From positions 414,866 through 478,865 of the forward strand of contig CP011209.1 in NCBI GenBank assembly GCA_001029635.1: a stretch of 64,000 nucleotides of DNA, written 5' to 3'. The DNA is from Candidatus Wolfebacteria bacterium GW2011_GWB1_47_1. Lineage in GTDB: Bacteria > Patescibacteriota > Minisyncoccia > UBA6257 > UBA9933. Shown piece after piece: positions 58,185 to 64,000 of the stretch; positions within the stretch are counted from its first letter, which is position 1; the number at the start of each line of letters is the position of its first letter. The position numbers were made by a program, and so were the translations under genes. A model generated the notes under the pieces. The model did no database searches, was not told the DNA's origin, and worked only from the letters and a program-made list of their open reading frames with translations.

Positions 58185-58664
58185 ATGGAAAACGAAATCG
58201 AGCGAAAATTTTTTGTCAAAGAAATGCCCGACCTGTCGGGCATACACCCGCTTCACTATGAGCGATATTTTTTAGAACGAGGAGCTGGGAAAGAAGTGCG
58301 TATTTCTAAGGTCAACGATTCCTATGTATTCGAGGAGAAGTCGGAGGTTTCCGATCTGGAGCGAACGCGCACAAAAAAAGAAATCTCGCGTGAAGAATTT
58401 GAGCGTTTGAAAGAAAATGCATCCGAGGGAATCGTTCGCGATCGGTATGCAATATCTTCCAATCCGGATATTGCCATACAGATATATCATGGGCGATTTG
58501 ATGGGCTGGTTCGGGTGGAGGTTGAGTTCGATTCGGAAGGGGATGCTAAGCTATTTGTCCCATTGCCGTGGATGGGGAGGGAAATGACGGGATTGCCTAT
58601 TGCGCGTGACGCGCGTCTCATCGAATTAACTAATGAAGAATTCCATAATTATCTGGGCATATGA
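58185..58664 (+). CDS. CYTH-domain protein (triphosphate tunnel metalloenzyme / class IV adenylate-cyclase-like)
   Basis: N-terminal EIERKF (ExExK signature). Acidic beta-strand pattern ..RVEVEFD... Confidence 0.65.
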   Translation: MENEIERKFFVKEMPDLSGIHPLHYERYFLERGAGKEVRISKVNDSYVFEEKSEVSDLERTRTKKEISREEFERLKENASEGIVRDRYAISSNPDIAIQIYHGRFDGLVRVEVEFDSEGDAKLFVPLPWMGREMTGLPIARDARLIELTNEEFHNYLGI

Positions 58665-59023
58665 ATCTTACCGAAAAACAAAAAGAATTATTAAACAGAA
58701 GAAAGGTTGTTGCGCTGGCGACTGCGAGTAAGGATGCGGACCCGCAGGTCACTTTTGTTGAAATTAATCTTGTAGAAGATGATGATCTTGTCTTTACGGA
58801 TAATCAAATGACGACGGCCCGCAATAATATTCTCGAAAACGGGAAGGTTGTCCTGATGGCGTTCGAGCAGGATTATGGATATTGTCTCAAGCTGTTCGGA
58901 ACCGCACAATATCATACGGGAGGAGAGCGATTCGAGTACGTGAAGCATCTTGCGGATAATGAAGGGTTTTCGCCCAGAGCTGCGGTGGTCATAACGATCG
59001 AACATGTTATCGAGTTTAGTTGA
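58661..59023 (+). CDS. Pyridoxamine 5'-phosphate oxidase-like FMN-binding split-barrel protein
   Basis: ..LLNRRKVVALATASKDADPQVTFVE.. is typical of the PNPOx-like/general-stress-protein-26 fold. It overlaps the previous stop (ATGA). Confidence 0.5.
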   Translation: MNLTEKQKELLNRRKVVALATASKDADPQVTFVEINLVEDDDLVFTDNQMTTARNNILENGKVVLMAFEQDYGYCLKLFGTAQYHTGGERFEYVKHLADNEGFSPRAAVVITIEHVIEFS

Positions 59024-59026
59024 AAT

Positions 59027-59088
59027 GTACGTCATTCGATGACGTACATATAGCCATTATTAAAAATCCTCTCAATGAGAGGATTTTT
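59027..59088. terminator. Two tandem hairpins between convergent genes
   Basis: atgtacgtcat-tcg-atgacgtacat and aaaaatcctctc-aat-gagaggattttt. The latter arms recur at 61020-61052. Confidence 0.55.
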
Positions 59089-59099
59089 AACTGCACATA

Positions 59100-59786
59100 T
59101 TAATCTACGATTAGCTTGTGATAGTGAAGGCGCAGATAGAGCGATTCAATGATGCTTTGGGCAAATAGTGCCGCATCCGCATTGTCGATGCGATAAAAGT
59201 AGTTGTGCTTCCTGGAAAAATAGACGATCGAATCTCTGAATGAAACAAGCATGCAAGAGCCGGGTATCGCATCGATTGTGAAGCGCGCAGACCCGCTTCT
59301 CCGCTTGATCTCTCCTTGAAGTCGCTTGTCTATGCTTGATCGAAAAAGGGTTAGCGCCTTGGAGCTCCCAATGCCCTTTAATACAATACCCTTGTCGGCA
59401 AGAGTTTTTTGCCATTCGAGTAGACCGCCTTCGGTTTCAAGAAGCTCTTTGATCTCAGCATCGGATTCGATGGAGTACAAAATTTCCCCTCGTTTCAATT
59501 GGAGCATTTCGCGTAGTAGTGACGCTATTTGTTTCCGCGCATCTGCCCCCTGCGCTTCGGATGGCTTCAATTGCTCGGATGCCAGCGTGTAGTCAAATCC
59601 TTTTCTGATTACGATCCTTTTGTCGATAAGCGAATCAAGCGCATTATATATGCTTGTCCGGGCAAGATGTATGGCATGCGATATTTGCGAAATTGACGCC
59701 CCCAGTTTTTGGGATGTCAGATGTGTTACAACCCTTTCTTCGGTTGGGGTTAAAACCAGATAGGAGCGGGAGGAAGGGGGAGGCAT
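59100..59786 (-). CDS. HTH-type transcriptional regulator (TrmB/MarR-like winged helix), putative
   Basis: N-terminus ..LTPTEERVVTHLTSQKLGASISQISHAIHLARTSIYNALDSLIDKRIV.. is wHTH-like. The rest is uncharacterised. Confidence 0.45.
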   Translation of the reverse strand: MPPPSSRSYLVLTPTEERVVTHLTSQKLGASISQISHAIHLARTSIYNALDSLIDKRIVIRKGFDYTLASEQLKPSEAQGADARKQIASLLREMLQLKRGEILYSIESDAEIKELLETEGGLLEWQKTLADKGIVLKGIGSSKALTLFRSSIDKRLQGEIKRRSGSARFTIDAIPGSCMLVSFRDSIVYFSRKHNYFYRIDNADAALFAQSIIESLYLRLHYHKLIVD

Positions 59787-59905
59787 AACGATAAATAAAT
59801 GTACATATATTGTACATATTTTTACAGCGCCGTCAACTCATGGTTTACTGGAAGAAAGTATTCATTTAATGGTGTTTTTACAATCAAGGTAAGCAAAAAT
59901 ATAGT

Positions 59906-60976
59906 ATGAATCGATCTAAAAAATGGGCCCTCGGTATCGTTTCAATTATTGCGATAGTTGCAACGGGGTATCTTATTACCAAAGGACCAGACGGAATTGA
60001 ATCACCTAGGCCAATAAAAATAGGATTTATCGGCCCACTTACGGGGGAAAATGCCGCCATAGGAGAGGGTATAAAAAATGCCATCGCGTTATCGGCGAAG
60101 GACAAGAATATTCAAGTTATTTATGAAGACGACCGGTTTGATGGCAAACTGGGCGTTGCGGCCTATCATAAATTGCGCACCGTGGATAAGGTCGATGCGA
60201 TCATCAATACAACCCCTGCTGTAATCGATGCGATTACTCCGTTGGTAAAAAATGATCCCATTGTAATCATACAGATCGCAGAGCCTGAACTGAGCGCTAA
60301 TGATACCATATTCCAGATCATGCCAAGCGGTGCAATGTTATACAAAAAACTGGGAGGAATAGCAAAGGATAGCTACACCTCATTTGCCTTTGTGTATCAG
60401 GAAGGGGCTGCGTTCGAAAAAGCAAAAGATGCCTTTAAAAAAGAGTATACAGATTCGGATCATTTGTTTAGAGAATATCGTGTTGGTACAAGCAAGGACT
60501 ATCGAGCAATCATTACAAAAATAAATAATGAAGGAGTTGCGGCCTATACAGTTATCGGTACGCCAAGCGTCGGCTCACAATTCATTAAGCAGGCGATGGA
60601 GCAGAGGATACAATCGCGCTTACTGTGCAATGCCGATATGGAAGTTACCATAGGCGAATATCTTAAGGTCTTACCGAGCAGTGCATTCAATGATTGTCTG
60701 TCGGTCATGTTCGCCGATAGAATGTCCACTAGTTTTAAAAGTGATTACAAGAATCAATTCGGGACAGATCCTGGTTTTGCGACTGATTATGGGTTCGATG
60801 CCGTAGCAATTCTTATCGGCACGTATTATAAAGATATTTTAAAATGGGCTGACGCACTTAACCATTTAAATTTTGATGGAGCGTCCGGCAAAGTGCAATT
60901 TAATGATTTTGGGGTGCGTATCCCGGAAATCGAAACGCATATATTTAAGGACGGGAAATTTACGAATATTCGATGA
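59906..60976 (+). CDS. Periplasmic-binding-protein-type substrate-binding protein (LivK/Peripla_BP_6-like)
   Basis: TM/signal anchor, then ..IKIGFIGPLTGENAAIGEGIKNAIALSA..YHKLRTVDKVDAIINTTPAVIDAI... Confidence 0.6.
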   Translation: MNRSKKWALGIVSIIAIVATGYLITKGPDGIESPRPIKIGFIGPLTGENAAIGEGIKNAIALSAKDKNIQVIYEDDRFDGKLGVAAYHKLRTVDKVDAIINTTPAVIDAITPLVKNDPIVIIQIAEPELSANDTIFQIMPSGAMLYKKLGGIAKDSYTSFAFVYQEGAAFEKAKDAFKKEYTDSDHLFREYRVGTSKDYRAIITKINNEGVAAYTVIGTPSVGSQFIKQAMEQRIQSRLLCNADMEVTIGEYLKVLPSSAFNDCLSVMFADRMSTSFKSDYKNQFGTDPGFATDYGFDAVAILIGTYYKDILKWADALNHLNFDGASGKVQFNDFGVRIPEIETHIFKDGKFTNIR

Positions 60977-61019
60977 TGTGATTATATTGAAATGGATTCC
61001 CGCCTGCGCGGGAATGACA

Positions 61020-61052
61020 GAAAAATCCTCTCATTCGCGAGAGGATTTTTTT
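61020..61052. repeat. Second copy of the aaaaatcctctc/gagaggattttt hairpin, overlapping the scpA 3' end
   Basis: gaaaaatcctctc-attcgc-gagaggatttttttatc. The last roughly 7 codons of scpA (..KKSSRE*) lie inside it. Confidence 0.45.
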
Positions 61053-61753
61053 ATCGAGATATCGCCAAAGCGATCGGACTGATCGACGTGAATGTGTTGG
61101 TCGCGCAGGAGGTGTAATAGTGCAAGGAAAAGCACCACTACTTCTTTCTTGGATTTTTCATTTATCAGCGCTCCGAAGCTTCGTATGCCCGAAGTTACTT
61201 TTGAGAGGATTTCCTCAATCTTTTCCTCCAGACGCACTACGGTATGTTCAACTTTTTTGAGATCGAGCGATGCAGCCCTGATCGTCTCAAAGAGATTGCG
61301 CATTGCTTCGTGTAGTGAACGCGATGTTATTTCCGGAGCGGGATAAAAGATAGTCGGTCGTCCAAGGAGCAACGGGCGTGATACCGCAACTGCTTCCCGT
61401 TCGTATAGCTCCTTAATGTGCACCATGGCTGGTTTAAACTGCTGATAGAATTTCAAGCGTTGTTCCAGATCCTTGATGTCTTCTTGATCCTCGTTTGATA
61501 GTTCGAGCGAGGGGAGGAGTGCTTTTGATTTGATTAGGAGTAGGCGAGATGCAATCGCGACAAAATCGGATAAGAATCGAATTTCCTCCTCGTTACGTTC
61601 CTTACCAGTCGCATTCATCTCCTGTACGAATTTCAAGAAATCATCGGTCACCAATGCAAGACTCACCTGTGTGATCTCCAATTTGCGCCCCTCGATCATC
61701 TCGAGCAGTGTTTCGATCGGTCCGGTGAATTGTGACGTCTTAATCTGGTACAT
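61031..61753 (-). CDS. scpA: Segregation and condensation protein A
   Basis: N-terminus ..FTGPIETLLEMIEGRKLEITQVSLALVTDDFLKFV.. matches the ScpA signature. Confidence 0.8.
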   Translation of the reverse strand: MYQIKTSQFTGPIETLLEMIEGRKLEITQVSLALVTDDFLKFVQEMNATGKERNEEEIRFLSDFVAIASRLLLIKSKALLPSLELSNEDQEDIKDLEQRLKFYQQFKPAMVHIKELYEREAVAVSRPLLLGRPTIFYPAPEITSRSLHEAMRNLFETIRAASLDLKKVEHTVVRLEEKIEEILSKVTSGIRSFGALINEKSKKEVVVLFLALLHLLRDQHIHVDQSDRFGDISIKKSSRE

Positions 61754-61849
61754 AATAATAACCTATAACTTACAACCTACGGCCAATGACGGAATGCAAT
61801 ATTTAATACTGGCAGCTTTTGTTGTAAGTCGTAGGTTGGTGGTCGTTGT

Positions 61850-63085
61850 TTAAGGTTTATCGAACAGAGTGGTGAGTGGATCGACGTAGCCGTAGTCGCG
61901 CGGGTGTCCCGGCGTGTAGCCGTAGCAGACGTGCGGCTCCCCGGTCGTTTTTAGCTTGCATGCCGTACCCCCCTCCGGATTCTCCAGTACCGGCTTCGTT
62001 TTGAGCTCGAAGTGCAGATGAGTGTCATTCGGATTGGCACTTTCGCATCCGTCGGTGCCTACTTTCCAATAGGATTGGCATCCGTATGCGCTATTGCCGA
62101 CCGTTCCGAGGACCGTCCCTGATGGGATCGGTGATCCTTCCGTGAGTGTATTCGTGATGGATGCGAGATGCGCGTATACGCCATAGAGTGTCCTATCACC
62201 GATCGCATGTTTTACGACGATCGTTGCTCCCATGCCATGGTCCTGTCCGTCGTTCTGCTGGATCTGTATGACTGTTCCGTCTGCGATCGCATATACGTTT
62301 AGGTCCTTTGCATCCTGATTGGGGGAGAGGTCTATCCCCGTGTGTTCGTCATAGTCGAGCATTAACTTTTCGAGATTACCCGAATAGTTCCAAGCACTTC
62401 TTATTGGACTATTGAAACGTTGTCGGACCCAGAATTGGTCAAGTGTTACCGGGGAGCGCAAGCCTTCCTTTGCTGTGAGTCCCGCAGTGGTCTTGTAGAT
62501 GATCAATTGGTCCCCGCGGTTAAGAAATTCGAATAGCCGTTTTGCGACTTCCGTCTCAAAGCGGATACATCCGCCGCTGAATTTTGAAGTTACCTTTGTA
62601 CCATCATCGTAGAAAGGAATCTCATGCATAAAGAAATCTTCAGTGATCTGAATTGCGTAGGGCATATTAACCGGGAAGAGCGAAGATCGATGCTTTGCGT
62701 TCATTGCGCCTACGCGAAAATATCCAGTTGGCGTCTGAAACCACACGCCTTCGGGCGATTGGTAGGCGACGGGTACTATTTCGATCAACTTCCCATTTTC
62801 GAAGAGTAGCGCTTTTTGCGTCGTCAGATCGATCTGTACGCCTTTTGATTCCGTTAATTTTGGCGCTTCAAAACAATAGTGTCGATCCGTTTCGTCTAAT
62901 AGCTTGAGCGTTTCCGCGCATACGTCACTTTTTGTGACTTCAGGAATTTCTGATCGTATATGTGTTGGCGGGGTAATTGGCATGGTCATTGACTCCGGAT
63001 AGACGGCCTTGCCGATGTTCCAGCCTCCCCAAAAAAGAAGCGGGGTTGCGACAATGATCCCTGTTGTTGTCCTAATATTGTTCAT
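61850..63085 (-). CDS. Bifunctional cell-wall enzyme: L,D-transpeptidase (YkuD) domain fused to a C-terminal M23 (LytM) peptidase domain
   Basis: YkuD core ..HEIPFYDDGTKVTSKFSGGCIRFE.. (catalytic H..SGGC). M23 motifs HTGIDLS ..DGTV.. HLHFEL. N-terminal signal/TM. Confidence 0.7.
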   Translation of the reverse strand: MNNIRTTTGIIVATPLLFWGGWNIGKAVYPESMTMPITPPTHIRSEIPEVTKSDVCAETLKLLDETDRHYCFEAPKLTESKGVQIDLTTQKALLFENGKLIEIVPVAYQSPEGVWFQTPTGYFRVGAMNAKHRSSLFPVNMPYAIQITEDFFMHEIPFYDDGTKVTSKFSGGCIRFETEVAKRLFEFLNRGDQLIIYKTTAGLTAKEGLRSPVTLDQFWVRQRFNSPIRSAWNYSGNLEKLMLDYDEHTGIDLSPNQDAKDLNVYAIADGTVIQIQQNDGQDHGMGATIVVKHAIGDRTLYGVYAHLASITNTLTEGSPIPSGTVLGTVGNSAYGCQSYWKVGTDGCESANPNDTHLHFELKTKPVLENPEGGTACKLKTTGEPHVCYGYTPGHPRDYGYVDPLTTLFDKP

Positions 63086-63094
63086 GAGCCTGTT

Positions 63095-63946
63095 TTAGCG
63101 TTCGATGCGGATGGATAATAATTCTTTGGCATGCGTGTAGTAGACAGTCTTTTCTTTTGCGCTGTACCGGTAATCGATGAAATTGCTCGCGAGCGGGAAG
63201 ATGTTTAGCGGGGTGCGATCGTCCAGTTCCGTTATGACTAACTTGGATGGGTGTTCTACGAGCAGGTGATAGGAATCCCCATACCATTCAATGGTTTTCA
63301 CCGTATCTGTTTGTGGCAGTGCTATCGTGATCATATCACCCTCCTTTTTGCGAATATCTCCGTCAAAATCTTCAATAAAGAGGACGGATGGATTCCCACT
63401 ATTGGGTTTGATCAATAATTTTTTATTGTCCGGTGAAAATGTGAAGGAATGGATATTCTCCGCTATGTGCTTGAGTTTTTTTTCCTTGGGCGTGAATAGG
63501 AACAACCCATTCTCCACATCAGAGAAAGCGATCGTGGCGAGATTGCTTGTTGCGTCTATTTGCGTGAGATAGGTTGTTTTTGGAATCTCCGTGTTTAGGT
63601 CATTTAAAGACGTCTTTGTCTTGAAGATAAGGCTAAAGGTAAATATCTCCTGTGCGCGTGTCTTCGTGTTTGTTTCTACGACAATCATTGTAGAATCCCG
63701 CATGGTCCAGGCAACAATCGATCCCTTGTAGAGCGTTTCAATTGTCTTCTTTTCCGAGTCGAACAGCTTAAAACCCGTTGCGTCTTCTATGACGAATTGT
63801 GTCGGCTTGAAGGGGATGAATGCGATGCGTTTTATCTTTTGTCCGCGCTTTGCATTGGAGACCGCCATGGTTAAATTGACCGTGCTGGATGCGTTTGTCT
63901 TTGTGTGTAAATAGTGGATGCCGGTCGATGTATCCTTGAGAATCAT
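63095..63946 (-). CDS. Hypothetical beta-propeller-like (TolB-repeat-like) protein; N-terminus may extend
   Basis: Repetitive beta-rich sequence with ..FSPDNKKLLIKPNSGNPSVLFIEDFDG.. resembling TolB/WD-like blades. The frame may continue upstream of the first Met toward the window edge. Confidence 0.3.
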   Translation of the reverse strand: MILKDTSTGIHYLHTKTNASSTVNLTMAVSNAKRGQKIKRIAFIPFKPTQFVIEDATGFKLFDSEKKTIETLYKGSIVAWTMRDSTMIVVETNTKTRAQEIFTFSLIFKTKTSLNDLNTEIPKTTYLTQIDATSNLATIAFSDVENGLFLFTPKEKKLKHIAENIHSFTFSPDNKKLLIKPNSGNPSVLFIEDFDGDIRKKEGDMITIALPQTDTVKTIEWYGDSYHLLVEHPSKLVITELDDRTPLNIFPLASNFIDYRYSAKEKTVYYTHAKELLSIRIER

Positions 63947-64000
63947 CCTATCGGCGCTTTCCGTTGCATCAATAAACGTTGTTCCTTTTGTCGGTGCGAT

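Noticed and set aside
1-64000. CRISPR arrays, rRNA genes, integrases and transposases
   Set aside because: I saw no short regularly spaced direct repeats and no rRNA-like conserved stretches. No ORF has recognisable integrase (tyrosine or serine recombinase) or DDE transposase motifs.

Overview
This 64 kb window looks like a small-celled, Patescibacteria/CPR-like bacterium. That placement is an inference from gene content; no rRNA is present to confirm it. Both strands are densely packed with core genes.

Core genes I can support:
- Translation and processing: leuS, fmt, def, greA.
- Replication/transcription/ribosome: gyrB, the secE-nusG-rplK block, scpA/scpB.
- Cell envelope: mraY, two D-Ala-D-Ala carboxypeptidase paralogs, htrA, an Hsp20.
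- Other: a GT39/ArnT-type glycosyltransferase.

A complete single-membrane-style type IV pilus locus sits at 28.9-39.7 kb (pilM/N/O, pilB, pilT, pilC, a major pilin, the prepilin peptidase and four minor pilins). It has no secretin. A divergent comF lies next to it, and a second pilM-like gene plus pilin are at 0.15-1.95 kb. A sensory cluster (FIST pseudogene, triple-PAS protein, Cache/HAMP/PAS histidine kinase, single-domain receiver, HAMP-only sensor, LivK-like binding protein) occupies 2-9.4 kb. There are two tRNAs: Gln-CTG at 10.40 kb and Gly-CCC at 52.40 kb.

Four observations deserve a second look:
1. A low-GC defence islet of about 3.7 kb directly downstream of tRNA-Gln. It carries a GIY-YIG nuclease, an AbiH-like abortive-infection gene, and an M.EcoRI-family adenine methyltransferase translationally coupled to a DUF262(ParB/Srx-like)-HNH nuclease.
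2. A roughly 100-nt element present in four same-orientation copies in 5' intergenic regions (before a hypothetical gene, a VirD4/TraD-like ATPase, pilC and secE). Both of its helices show compensatory base changes, which is the signature of an undescribed cis-acting structured RNA or a structured repeat.
3. A roughly 115-aa ASCH/PUA-like insertion in LeuS, just before the editing domain.
4. A shared 'DRELKMIxLKxE' C-terminal tail on two sensor proteins that lack any output domain.

Other notes: two genes have in-frame TAG codons (the FIST remnant and a Cys-rich small protein). I read these as probable pseudogenes, not recoding, because gyrB and other intact genes end in TAG. A 17-nt duplicate of the tRNA-Gly 3' end lies 179 nt downstream of that tRNA. 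I found no CRISPR array, rRNA, integrase or transposase.
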